Positions 28,273 through 42,300 of a stretch of 64,000 bases of DNA are shown piece after piece. Each line of letters opens with the position of its first letter. The stretch's first letter is position 1. Source of the stretch: the human T2T-CHM13v2.0 reference genome, Homo sapiens; NCBI RefSeq assembly GCF_009914755.1, contig NC_060929.1. One strand, 5' to 3'. Made by a program: the position numbers and the translations under genes. A model generated the notes under the pieces. That model saw nothing but the letters and a program-made list of their open reading frames with translations. It had not been told where the DNA came from and did not search any database.

Positions 28273-30311
28273 GAATTCCCAGTAACTTCCTTGTGTTGTG
28301 TACATTCAACTCACAGAGTTGAACGTTCCCTTAGACAGAGCAGATTTGAAACACTCTTTTTGTGCAATTGGCAAGTGGAGATTTCAAGCGCTTTAAGGTC
28401 AATGGCAGAAAAGGAAATATCTTCGTTTCAAAACTAGAGAGAATCATTCCCAAAAACTGCGTTGTGATGTGTTCGTTCATCTCACAGAGTTTAACCTTTC
28501 TTTTCATAGAGCAGTTAGGAAACAGTCTGTTTGTAAATTCTGTAAGTGGATATTCTGACATCTTGTGGCCTTCGTTGGAAACGGGATTTCTTCATATTCT
28601 GCTAGACAGAAGAATTCTCAGAATCTTCCTTGTGTTGTGTGTATTCAACTCACAGAGTTGAACGATGGTTTACACAGAGCAGATTTGAAACACTCTTTTT
28701 GTGGAATTTGCAAGTGGAGATTTCAGCCGCTTTGAGGTCAATGGTAGAAAAGGAAATATCTTCGTATAAAAACTAGACAGAATGATTCTCAGAAACTTCT
28801 TTGTGATGTGTGCGTTCAACTCACAGAGTTTAACCTTTCTTTTCATAGAGCAGTTAGGAAACACTGTGTTTGTAAACTCTGCAAGTGGATATTCAGACCT
28901 CTTTGAGGCCTTCGTTGGAAACGGGATTTCTTCATACTGTGCTAGACAGAAGAATTCTCAGTAACTTCCTTGTGTTGTGTGTATTCAACTCACAGAGTTG
29001 AACGATCCTTTACACAGAGCAGACTTGAAACACTCTTTTTGTGGAATTTGCAAGTGGAGATTTCAGCCGCGTTGAGGTCAATGGTAGAAAAGGAAATATC
29101 TTCGTATAAAAACTAGACAGAATGATTCTCAGAAACTCCTTTGTGATGTGTGTGTTCAACTCACAGAGTTTAACATTTCTTTTCATAGAGCAGTTAGGAA
29201 ACACTCTGTTTGGAAAGTCTGCAAGTGGATATTCAGACCTCTTTGAGGCCTTCGTTGGAAACGGGTTTTTTTCATATAAGGCTAGACAGAAGAATTCCCA
29301 GTAACTTCCTTGTGTTGTGTGTGTTCAACTCACAGAGTTGAACTTTCATTTACACAGAGCAGATTTGAAACACTCTTTTTGTGGAATTTGCAAATGGAGA
29401 TTTCAAGCGCTTTGAGGCCAAAGGCAGAAAAGGAAATATCTTCGTATAAAAACTAGACAGAATCATTCTCAGAAACTGCTCTGCGATGTGTGCGTTCAAC
29501 TCTCAGAGTTTAACTTTTCTTTTCATTCAGCAGTTTGGAAACACTCTGTTTGTAAAGTCTGCACGTGGATAATTTGACCACTTAGAGGCCTTCGTTGGAA
29601 ACGGGTTTTTTTCATGTAAGGCTAGACAGAAGAATTCTCAGTAACTTCCTTGTGTTGTGTGTATTCAACTCACAGAGTTGAACGATCCTTTACACAGAGC
29701 AGACTTGTAACACTCTTTTTGTGGAATTTGCAAGTGGAGATTTCAGCCGCTTTGAAGTCAAAGGTAGAAAAGGGAATATCTTCCTATAAAAACTAGACAG
29801 AATGATTCTCAGAAACTCCTTTGTGATGTGTGCGTTCAACTCACAGAGTTTAACCTTTCTTTTCATAGAGCAGTTAGGAAACACTCTGCTTGTAAAGTCT
29901 GCAAGTGGATATTCAGCCCTCTTTGAGGCCTTCGTTGGAAACGGGTTTTTTTCATATAAGGCTAGACAGAAGAATTCCCAGTAACTTCCTTGTGTTGTGT
30001 GTGTTCAACTCACAGAGTTGAACTTTCATTTACACAGAGCAGATTTGAAACACTCTTTTTGTGGAATTTGCAAGTGGAGATTTCAAGCGCTTTGAGGCCA
30101 AAGGCAGAAAAGGAAATATCTTCGTATAAAAACTAGACAGAATCATTCTCAGAAACTGCTCTGCGATGTGTGCGTTCAACTCTCAGAGTTTAACTTTTCT
30201 TTTCATTCAGCAGTTTGGAAACACTCTGTTTGTAAAGTCTGCACGTGGATATTTTGACCACTTAGAGGCCTTCGTTGGAAACGGGTTTTTTTCCTGTAAG
30301 GCTAGACAGAA
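28273..30311 (+). repeat. 12-monomer HOR variant (2039 bp), C-D-E-B-A'-B'
   Basis: C-dimer ORF starts are 28362 and 30401, a difference of 2039. Confidence 0.83.
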
Positions 30312-33300
30312 GAATTCCCAGTAACTTCCTTGTGTTGTGTACATTCAACTCACAGAGTTGAACGTTCCCTTAGACAGAGCAGATTTGAAACACTCTTTTT
30401 GTGCAATTGGCAAGTGGAGATTTCAAGCGCTTTAAGGTCAATGGCAGAAAAGGAAATATCTTCGTTTCAAAACTAGAGAGAATCATTCCCAAAAACTGCG
30501 TTGTGATGTGTTCGTTCATCTCACAGAGTTTAACCTTTCTTTTCATAGAGCAGTTAGGAAACAGTCTGTTTGTAAATTCTGTAAGTGGATATTCTGACAT
30601 CTTGTGGCCTTCGTTGGAAACGGGATTTCTTCATATTCTGCTAGACAGAAGAATTCTCAGAATCTTCCTTGTGTTGTGTGTATTCAACTCACAGAGTTGA
30701 ACGATGGTTTACACAGAGCAGATTTGAAACACTCTTTTTGTGGAATTTGCAAGTGGAGATTTCAGCCGCTTTGAGGTCAATGGTAGAAAAGGAAATATCT
30801 TCGTATAAAAACTAGACAGAATGATTCTCAGAAACTTCGTTGTGATGTGTGCGTTCAACTCACAGAGTTTAACCTTTCTTTTCATAGAGCAGTTAGGAAA
30901 CACTGTGTTTGTAAACTCTGCAAGTGGATATTCAGACCTCTTTGAGGCCTTCGTTGGAAACGGGATTTCTTCATACTGTGCTAGACAGAAGAATTCTCAG
31001 TAACTTCCTTGTGTTGTGTGTATTCAACTCACAGAGTTGAACGATCCTTTACACAGAGCAGACTTGAAACACTCTTTTTGTGGAATTTGCAAGTGGAGAT
31101 TTCAGCCGCGTTGAGGTCAATGGTAGAAAAGGAAATATCTTCGTATAAAAACTAGACAGAATGATTCTCAGAAACTCCTTTGTGATGTGTGTGTTCAACT
31201 CACAGAGTTTAACATTTCTTTTCATAGAGCAGTTAGGAAACACTCTGTTTGTAAAGTCTGCAAGTGGATATTCAGACCTCTTTGAGGCCTTCGTTGGAAA
31301 CGGGTTTTTTTCATATAAGGCTAGACAGAAGAATTCCCAGTAACTTCCTTGTGTTGTGTGTGTTCAACTCACAGAGTTGAACTTTCATTTACACAGAGCA
31401 GATTTGAAACACTCTTTTTGTGGAATTTGCAAATGGAGATTTCAAGCGCTTTGAGGCCAAAGGCAGAAAAGGAAATATCTTCGTATAAAAACTAGACAGA
31501 ATCATTCTCAGAAACTGCTCTGCGATGTGTGCGTTCAACTCTCAGAGTTTAACTTTTCTTTTCATTCAGCAGTTTGGAAACACTCTGTTTGTAAAGTCTG
31601 CACGTGGATAATTTGACCACTTAGAGGCCTTCGTTGGAAACGGGTTTTTTTCATGTAAGGCTAGACAGAAGAATTCTCAGTAACTTCCTTGTGTTGTGTG
31701 TATTCAACTCACAGAGTTGAACGATCCTTTACACAGAGCAGACTTGTAACACTCTTTTTGTGGAATTTGCAAGTGGAGATTTCAGCCGCTTTGAAGTCAA
31801 AGGTAGAAAAGGGAATATCTTCCTATAAAAACTAGACAGAATGATTCTCAGAAACTCCTTTGTGATGTGTGCGTTCAACTCACAGAGTTTAACCTTTCTT
31901 TTCATAGAGCAGTTAGGAAACACTCTGTTTCTAAAGTCTGCAAGTGGATATTCAGACCTCTTTGAGGCCTTCGTTGGAAACGGGTTTTTTTCATATAAGG
32001 CTAGAGAGAAGAATTCCCAGTAACTTCCTTGTGTTGTGTGTGTTCAACTCACAGAGTTGAACTTTCATTTACACAGAGCAGATTTGAAACACTCTTTTTG
32101 TGGAATTTGCAAGTGGAGATTTCAAGCGCTGTGAGGCCAAAGGCAGAAAAGGAAATATCTTCGTATAAAAACTAGACAGAATCATTCTCAGAAACTGCTC
32201 TGCGATGTGTGCGTTCAACTCTCAGAGTTTAACTTTTCTTTTCATTCAGCAGTTTGGAAACACTCTGTTTGTAAAGTCTGCACGTGGATAATTTGACCAC
32301 TTAGAGGCCTTCGTTGGAAACGGGTTTTTTTCATGTAAGGCTAGACAGAAGAATTCTCAGTAACTTCCTTGTGTTGTGTGTATTCAACTCACACAGTTGA
32401 ACGATCCTTTACACAGAGCAGACTTGTAACACTCTTTTTGTGGAATTTGCAAGTGGAGATTTCAGCCGCTTTGAAGTCAAATGTAGAAAAGGAAATATCT
32501 TCCTATAAAAACTAGACAGATTCTCAGAAACTCCTTTGTGATGTGTGCGTTCAACTCACAGAGTTTAACCTTTCTTTTCATAGAGCAGTTAGGAAACACT
32601 CTGTTTGTAAAGTCTGCAAGTGGATATTCAGACCTCTTTGAGGCCTTCGTTGGAAACGGGTTTTTTTCATATAAGGCTAGACAGAAGAATTCCCAGTAAC
32701 TTCCTTGTGTTGTGTGTGTTCAACTCACAGAGTTGAACTTTCATTTACACAGAGCAGATTTGAAACACTCTTTTTGTGGAATTTGCAAGTGGAGATTTCA
32801 AGCGCTTTGAGGCCAAAGGCAGAAAAGGAAATATCTTCGTATAAAAACTAGACAGAATCATTCTCAGAAACTGCTCTGTGATATGTCCGTTCAACTCTCA
32901 GAGTTTAACTTTTCTTTTCATTCAGCAGTTTGGAAACACTCTGTTTGTAAAGTCTGCACGTGGATAATTTGACCACTTAGAGGCCTTCGTTGGAAATGGG
33001 TTTTTTTCATGTAAGGCTAGACAGAAGAGTTCTCAGTAACTTCCTTGTGTTGTGTGTATTCAACTCACACAGTTGAACGATCCTTTACAGAGAGCAGACT
33101 TGTAACACTCTTTTTGTGGAATTTGCAAGTGGAGATTTCAGCCGCTTTGAAGTCAAAGTAGAAAAGGAAATATCTTCCTATAAAAACTAGACAGAATGAT
33201 TCTCAGAAACTCCTTTGTGATGTGTGCGTTCAACTCACAGAGTTTAACCTTTCTTTTCATAGAGCAGTTAGGAAACACTCTGCTTGTAAAGTCTGCAAGT

Positions 33301-36300
33301 GGATATTCAGCCCTCTTTGAGGCCTTCGTTGGAAACGGGTTTTTTTCATATAAGGCTAGACAGAAGAATTCCCAGTAACTTCCTTGTGTTGTGTGTGTTC
33401 AACTCACAGAGTTGAACTTTCATTTACACAGAGCAGATTTGAAACACTCTTTTTGTGGAATTTGCAAGTGGAGATTTCAAGCGCTTTGAGGCCAAAGGCA
33501 GAAAAGGAAATATCTTCGTATAAAAACTAGACAGAATCATTCTCAGAAACTGCTCTGCGATGTGTGCGTTCAACTCTCAGAGTTTAACTTTTCTTTTCAT
33601 TCAGCAGTTTGGAAACACTCTGTTTGTAAAGTCTGCACGTGGATATTTTGACCACTTAGAGGCCTTCGTTGGAAACGGGTTTTTTTCCTGTAAGGCTAGA
33701 CAGAAGAATTCCCAGTAACTTCCTTGTGTTGTGTACATTCAACTCACAGAGTTGAACGTTCCCTTAGACAGAGCAGATTTGAAACACTCTTTTTGTGCAA
33801 TTGGCAAGTGGAGATTTCAAGCGCTTTAAGGTCAATGGCAGAAAAGGAAATATCTTCGTTTCAAAACTAGAGAGAATCATTCCCAAAAACTGCGTTGTGA
33901 TGTGTTCGTTCATCTCACAGAGTTTAACCTTTCTTTTCATAGAGCAGTTAGGAAACAGTCTGTTTGTAAATTCTGTAAGTGGATATTCTGACATCTTGTG
34001 GCCTTCGTTGGAAACGGGATTTCTTCATATTCTGCTAGACAGAAGAATTCTCAGAATCTTCCTTGTGTTGTGTGTATTCAACTCACAGAGTTGAACGATG
34101 GTTTACACAGAGCAGATTTGAAACACTCTTTTTGTGGAATTTGCAAGTGGAGATTTCAGCCGCTTTGAGGTCAATGGTAGAAAAGGAAATATCTTCGTAT
34201 AAAAACTAGACAGAATGATTCTCAGAAACTTCTTTGTGATGTGTGTGTTCAACTCACAGAGTTTAACCTTTCTTTTCATAGAGCAGTTAGGAAACACTGT
34301 GTTTGTAAACTCTGCAAGTGGATATTCAGACCTCTTTGAGGCCTTCGTTGGAAACGGGATTTCTTCATACTGTGCTAGACAGAAGAATTCTCAGTAACTT
34401 CCTTGTGTTGTGTGTATTCAACTCACAGAGTTGAACGATCCTTTACACAGAGCAGACTTGAAACACTCTTTTTGTGGAATTTGCAAGTGGAGATTTCAGC
34501 CGCGTTGAGGTCAATGGTAGAAAAGGAAATATCTTCGTATAAAAACTAGACAGAATGATTCTCAGAAACTCCTTTGTGAAGTGTGTGTTCAACTCACAGA
34601 GTTTAACATTTCTTTTCATAGAGCAGTTAGGAAACACTCTGTTTGTAAAGTCTGCAAGTGGATATTCAGACCTCTTTGAGGCCTTCGTTGGAAACGGGTT
34701 TTTTTCATATAAGGCTAGACAGAAGAATTCCCAGTAACTTCCTTGTGTTGTGTGTGTTCAACTCACAGAGTTGAACTTTCATTTACACAGAGCAGATTTG
34801 AAACACTCTTTTTGTGGAATTTGCAAATGGAGATTTCAAGCGCTTTGAGGCCAAAGGCAGAAAAGGAAATATCTTCGTATAAAAACTAGACAGAATCATT
34901 CTCAGAAACTGCTCTGCGATGTGTGCGTTCAACTCTCAGAGTTTAACTTTTCTTTTCATTCAGCAGTTTGGAAACACTCTGTTTGTAAAGTCTGCACGTG
35001 GATAATTTGACCACATAGAGGCCTTCGTTGGAAACGGGTTTTTTTCATGTAAGGCTAGACAGAAGAATTCTCAGTAACTTCCTTGTGTTGTGTGTATTCA
35101 ACTCACACAGTTGAACGATCCTTTACACAGAGCAGACTTGTAACACTCTTTTTGTGGAATTTGCAAGTGGAGATTTCAGCCGCTTTGAAGTCAAATGTAG
35201 AAAAGGAAATATCTTCCTATAAAATCTAGACAGATTCTCAGAAACTCCTTTGTGATGTGTGCGTTCAACTCACAGAGTTTAACCTTTCTTTTCATAGAGC
35301 AGTTAGGAAACACTCTGTTTGTAAAGTCTGCAAGTGGATATTCAGACCTCTTTGAGGCCTTCGTTGGAAACGGGTTTTTTTCATATAAGGCTAGACAGAA
35401 GAATTCCCAGTAACTTCCTTGTGTTGTGTGTGTTCAACTCACAGAGTTGAACTTTCATTTACACAGAGCAGATTTGAAACACTCTTTTTGTGGAATTTGC
35501 AAGTGGAGATTTCAAGCGCTTTGAGGCCAAAGGCAGAAAAGGAAATATCTTCGTATAAAAACTAGACAGAATCATTCTCAGAAACTGCTCTGTGATATGT
35601 CCGTTCAACTCTCAGAGTTTAACTTTTCTTTTCATTCAGCAGTTTGGAAACACTCTGTTTGTAAAGTCTGCACGTGGATAATTTGACCACTTAGAGGCCT
35701 TCGTTGGAAATGGGTTTTTTTCATGTAAGGCTAGACAGAAGAGTTCTCAGTAACTTCCTTGTGTTGTGTGTATTCAACTCACACAGTTGAACGATCCTTT
35801 ACAGAGAGCAGACTTGTAACACTCTTTTTGTGGAATTTGCAAGTGGAGATTTCAGCCGCTTTGAAGTCAAAGTAGAAAAGGAAATATCTTCCTATAAAAA
35901 CTAGACAGAATGATTCTCAGAAACTCCTTTGTGATGTGTGCGTTCAACTCACAGAGTTTAACCTTTCTTTTCATAGAGCAGTTAGGAAACACTCTGCTTG
36001 TAAAGTCTGCAAGTGGATATTCAGCCCTCTTTGAGGCCTTCGTTGGAAACGGGTTTTTTTCATATAAGGCTAGACAGAAGAATTCCCAGTAACTTCCTTG
36101 TGTTGTGTGTGTTCAACTCACAGAGTTGAACTTTCATTTACACAGAGCAGATTTGAAACACTCTTTTTGTGGAATTTGCAAGTGGAGATTTCAAGCGCTT
36201 TGAGGCCAAAGGCAGAAAAGGAAATATCTTCGTATAAAAACTAGACAGAATCATTCTCAGAAACTGCTCTGCGATGTGTGCGTTCAACTCTCAGAGTTTA

Positions 36301-39300
36301 ACTTTTCTTTTCATTCAGCAGTTTGGAAACACTCTGTTTGTAAAGTCTGCACGTGGATATTTTGACCACTTAGAGGCCTTCGTTGGAAACGGGTTTTTTT
36401 CCTGTAAGGCTAGACAGAAGAATTCCCAGTAACTTCCTTGTGTTGTGTACATTCAACTCACAGAGTTGAACGTTCCCTTAGACAGAGCAGATTTGAAACA
36501 CTCTTTTTGTGCAATTGGCAAGTGGAGATTTCAAGCGCTTTAAGGTCAATGGCAGAAAAGGAAATATCTTCGTTTCAAAACTAGAGAGAATCATTCCCAA
36601 AAACTGCGTTGTGATGTGTTCGTTCATCTCACAGAGTTTAACCTTTCTTTTCATAGAGCAGTTAGGAAACAGTCTGTTTGTAAATTCTGTAAGTGGATAT
36701 TCTGACATCTTGTGGCCTTCGTTGGAAACGGGATTTCTTCATATTCTGCTAGACAGAAGAATTCTCAGAATCTTCCTTGTGTTGTGTGTATTCAACTCAC
36801 AGAGTTGAACGATGGTTTACACAGAGCAGATTTGAAACACTCTTTTTGTGGAATTTGCAAGTGGAGATTTCAGCCGCTTTGAGGTCAATGGTAGAAAAGG
36901 AAATATCTTCGTATAAAAACTAGACAGAATGATTCTCAGAAACTTCTTTGTGATGTGTGTGTTCAACTCACAGAGTTTAACCTTTCTTTTCATAGAGCAG
37001 TTAGGAAACACTGTGTTTGTAAACTCTGCAAGTGGATATTCAGACCTCTTTGAGGCCTTCGTTGGAAACGGGATTTCTTCATACTGTGCTAGACAGAAGA
37101 ATTCTCAGTAACTTCCTTGTGTTGTGTGTATTCAACTCACAGAGTTGAACGATCCTTTACACAGAGCAGACTTGAAACACTCTTTTTGTGGAATTTGCAA
37201 GTGGAGATTTCAGCCGCGTTGAGGTCAATGGTAGAAAAGGAAATATCTTCGTATAAAAACTAGACAGAATGATTCTCAGAAACTCCTTTGTGATGTGTGT
37301 GTTCAACTCACAGAGTTTAACATTTCTTTTCATAGAGCAGTTAGGAAACACTCTGTTTGTAAAGTCTGCAAGTGGATATTCAGACCTCTTTGAGGCCTTC
37401 GTTGGAAACGGGTTTTTTTCATATAAGGCTAGACAGAAGAATTCCCAGTAACTTCCTTGTGTTGTGTGTGTTCAACTCACAGAGTTGAACTTTCATTTAC
37501 ACAGAGCAGATTTGAAACACTCTTTTTGTGGAATTTGCAAATGGAGATTTCAAGCGCTTTGAGGCCAAAGGCAGAAAAGGAAATATCTTCGTATAAAAAC
37601 TAGACAGAATCATTCTCAGAAACTGCTCTGCGATGTGTGCGTTCAACTCTCAGAGTTTAACTTTTCTTTTCATTCAGCAGTTTGGAAACACTCTGTTTGT
37701 AAAGTCTGCACGTGGATAATTTGACCACTTAGAGGCCTTCGTTGGAAACGGGTTTTTTTCATGTAAGGCTAGACAGAAGAATTCTCAGTAACTTCCTTGT
37801 GTTGTGTGTATTCAACTCACAGAGTTGAACGATCCTTTACACAGAGCAGACTTGTAACACTCTTTTTGTGGAATTTGCAAGTGGAGATTTCAGCCGCTTT
37901 GAAGTCAAAGGTAGAAAAGGAAATATCTTCCTATAAAAACTAGACAGAATGATTCTCAGAAACTCCTTTGTGATGTGTACGTTCAACTCACAGAGTTTAA
38001 CCTTTCTTTTCATAGAGCAGTTAGGAAACACTCTGTTTGTAAAGTCTGCAAGTGGATATTGAGACCTCTTTGAGGCCTTCGTTGGAAACGGGTTTTTTTC
38101 ATATAAGGCTAGACAGAAGGATTCCCAGTAACTTCCTTGTGTTGTGTGTGTTCAACTCACAGAGTTGAACTTTCATTTACAAAGAGCAGATTTGAAACAC
38201 TCTTTTTGTGGAATTTGCAAGTGGAGATTTCAAGCGCTTTGAGGCCAAAGGCAGAAAAGGAAATATCTTCGTATAAAAACTAGACAGAATCATTCTCAGA
38301 AACTGCTCTGCGATGTGTGCGTTCAACTCTCAGAGTTTAACTTTTCTTTTCATTCAGCAGTTTGGAAACACTCTGTTTGTAACGTCTGCACGTGAATAAT
38401 TTGACCACTTAGAGGCCTTCGTTGGAAACGGGTTTTTTTCATGTAAGGCTAGACAGAAGAATTCTCAGTAACTTCCTTGTGTTGTGTGTATTCAACTCAC
38501 AGAGTTGAACGATCCTTTACACAGAGCAGACTTGTAACACTCTTTTTGTGGAATTTGCAAGTGGAGATTTCAGCCGCTTTGAAGTCAAAGGTAGAAAAGG
38601 AAATATCTTCCTATAAAAAATAGACAGAATGATTCTCAGAAACTCCTTTGTGATGTGTGCGTTCAACTCACAGAGTTTAACCTTTCTTTTCATAGAGCAG
38701 TTAGGAAACACTCTGCTTGTAAAGTCTGCAAGTGGATATTCAGCCCTCTTTGAGGCCTTCGTTGGAAACGGGTTTTTTTCATATAAGGCTAGACAGAAGA
38801 ATTCCCAGTAACTTCCTTGTGTTGTGTGTGTTCAACTCACAGAGTTGAACTTTGATGTACACAGAGCAGATTTGAAACACTCTTTTTGTGGAATTTGCAA
38901 GTGGAGATTTCAAGCGCTTTGAGGCCAAAGGCAGAAAAGGAAATATCTTCGTATAAAAACTAGACAGAATCATTCTCAGAAACTGCTCTGCGATGTGTGC
39001 GTTCAACTCTCAGAGTTTAACTTTTCTTTTCATTCAGCAGTTTGGAAACACTCTGTTTGTATAGTCTGCACGTGGATATTTTGACCACTTAGAGGCCTTC
39101 GTTGGAAACGGGTTTTTTTCCTGTAAGGCTAGACAGAAGAATTCCCAGTAACTTCCTTGTGTTGTGTACATTCAACTCACAGAGTTGAACGTTCCCTTAG
39201 ACAGAGCAGATTTGAAACACTCTTTTTGTGCAATTGGCAAGTGGAGATTTCAAGCGCTTTGAGGTCAATGGCAGAAAAGGAAATATCTTCGTTTCAAAAC

Positions 39301-42300
39301 TAGACAGAATCATTCCCACAAACTGCGTTGTGATGTGTTCGTTCAACTCACAGAGTTTAACCTTTCTTTTCATAGAGCAGTTAGGAAACAGTCTGTTTGA
39401 AAATTCTGTAAGTGGATATTCTGACATCTTGTGGCCTTCGTTGGAAACGGGATTTCTTCATATTCTGCTAGACAGAAGAATTCTCAGAATCTTCCTTGTG
39501 TTGTGTGTATTCAACTCACAGAGTTGAACGATGGTTTACACAGAGCAGATTTGAAACACTCATTTGGTGGAATTTGCAAGTGGAGATTTCAGCCGCTTTG
39601 AGGTCAATGGTAGAAAAGGAAATATCTTCGTATAACAACTAGACAGAATGATTCTCAGAAACTTCTTTGTGATGTGTGTGTTCAACTCACAGAGTTTAAC
39701 CTTTCTTTTCATAGAGCAGTTAGGAAACACTGTGTTTTTAAACTCTGCAAGTGGATATTCAGACCTCTTTGAGGCCTTCGTTGGAAACGGGTTTCTTCAT
39801 ACTGTGCTAGACAGAAGAATTCTCAGTAACTTCCTTGTGTTGTGTGTATTCAACTCACAGAGTTGAACGATCCTTTACACAGAGCAGACTTGAAACACTC
39901 TTTTTGTGGAATTTGCAAGTGGAGATTTCAGCCGCGTTGAGGTCAATGGTAGAAAAGGAAATATCTTCGTATAAAAACTAGACAGAATGATTCTCAGAAA
40001 CTCCTTTGTGATGTGTGTGTTCAACTCACAGAGTTTAACATTTCTTTTCATAGAGCAGTTAGGAAACACTCTGTTTGTAAAGTCTGCAAGTGGATATTCA
40101 GACCTCTTTGAGGCCTTCGTTGGAAACGGGTTTTTTTCATATAAGGCTAGACAGAAGAATTCCCAGTAACTTCCTTGTGTTGTGTGTGTTCAACTCACAG
40201 AGTTGAACTTTCATTTACACAGAGCAGATTTGAAACACTCTTTTTGTGGAATTTGCAAATGGAGATTTCAAGCGCTTTGAGGCCAAAGGCAGAAAAGGAA
40301 ATATCTTCGTATAAAAACTAGACAGAATCATTCTCAGAAACTGCTCTGCGATGTGTGCGTTCAACTCTCAGAGTTTAACTTTTCTTTTCATTCAGCAGTT
40401 TGGAAACACTCTGTTTGTAAAGTCTGCACGTGGATAATTTGACCACTTAGAGGCCTTCGTTGGAAACGGGTTTTTTTCATGTAAGGCTTGACAGAAGAAT
40501 TCCCAGTAACTTCCTTGTGTTGTGTGTATTCAACTCACAGAGTTGAACGATCCTTTACACAGAGCAGACTTGTAACACTCTTTTTGTGGAATTTGCAAGT
40601 GGAGATTTCAGCCGCTTTGAAGTCAAAGGTAGAAAAGGAAATATCTTCCTATAAAAACTAGACAGAATGATTCTCAGAAACTCCTTTGTGATGTGTACGT
40701 TCAACTCACAGAGTTTAACCTTTCTCTTCATAGAGCAGTTAGGAAACACTCTGTTTGTAAAGTCTGCAAGTGGATATTCAGACCTCTTTGAGGCCTTCGT
40801 TGGAAACGGGTTTTTTTCATATAAGGCTAGACAGAAGGATTCCCAGTAACTTCCTTGTGTTGTGTGTGTTCAACTCACAGAGTTGAACTTTCATTTACAA
40901 AGAGCAGATTTGAAACACTCTTTTTGTGGAATTTGCAAGTGGAGATTTCAAGCGCTTTGAGGCCAAAGGCAGAAAAGGAAATATCTTCGTATAAAAACTA
41001 GACAGAATCATTCTCAGAAACTGCTCTGCGATGTGTGCGTTCAACTCTCAGAGTTTAACTTTTCTATTCATTCAGCAGTTTGGAAACACTCTGTTTGTAA
41101 CGTCTGCACGTGGATAATTTGACCACTTAGAGGCCTTCGTTGGAAACGGGTTTTTTTCATGTAAGGCTAGACAGAAGAATTCTCAGTAACTTCCTTGTGT
41201 TGTGTGTATTCAACTCACAGAGTTGAACGATCCTTTACACAGAGCAGACTTGTAACACTCTTTTTGTGGAATTTGCAAGTGGAGATTTCAGCCGCTTTGA
41301 AGTCAAAGGTAGAAAAGGAAATATCTTCCTATAAAAACTAGACAGAATGATTCTCAGAAACTCCTTTGTGATGTGTGCGTTCAACTCACAGAGTTTAACC
41401 TTTCTTTTCATAGAGCAGTTAGGAAACACTCTGCTTGTAAAGTCTGCAAGTGGATATTCAGCCCTCTTTGAGGCCTTCGTTGGAAAAGGGTTTTTTTCAT
41501 ATAAGGCTAGACAGAAGAATTCCCAGTAACTTCCTTGTGTTGTGTGTGTTCAACTCACAGAGTTGAACTTTCATTTACACAGAGCAGATTTGAAACACTC
41601 TTTTTGTGGAATTTGCAAGTGGAGATTTCAAGCGCTTTGAGGCCAAAGGCAGAAAAGGAAATATCTTCGTATAAAAACTAGACAGAATCATTCTCAGAAA
41701 CTGCTCTGCGATGTGTGCGTTCAACTCTCAGAGTTTAACTTTTCTTTTCATTCAGCAGTTTGGAAACACTCTGTTTGTGAAGTCTGCACGTGGATATTTT
41801 GTCCACTTAGAGGCCTTCGTTGGAAACGGGTTTTTTTCCTGTAAGGCTAGACAGAAGAATTCCCAGTAACTTCCTTGTGTTGTGTACATTCAACTCACAG
41901 AGTTGAACGTTCCCTTAGACAGAGCAGATTTGAAACACTCTTTTTGTGCAATTGGCAAGTGGAGATTTCAAGCGCTTTAAGGTCAATGGCAGAAAAGGAA
42001 ATATCTTCGTTTCAAAACTAGACAGAATCATTCCCACAAACTGCGTTGTGATGTGTTCGTTCATCTCACAGAGTTTAACCTTTCTTTTCATAGAGCAGTT
42101 AGGAAACACTCTGTTTGTAAATTCTGTAAGTGGATATTCTGACATCTTGTGGCCTTCGTTGGAAACGGGATTTCTTCATATTCTGCTAGACAGAAGAATT
42201 CTCAGAATCTTCCTTGTGTTGTGTGTATTCAACTCACACAGTTGAACGATGGTTTACACAGAGCAGATTTGAAACACTCTTTTTGTGGAATTTGCAAGTG

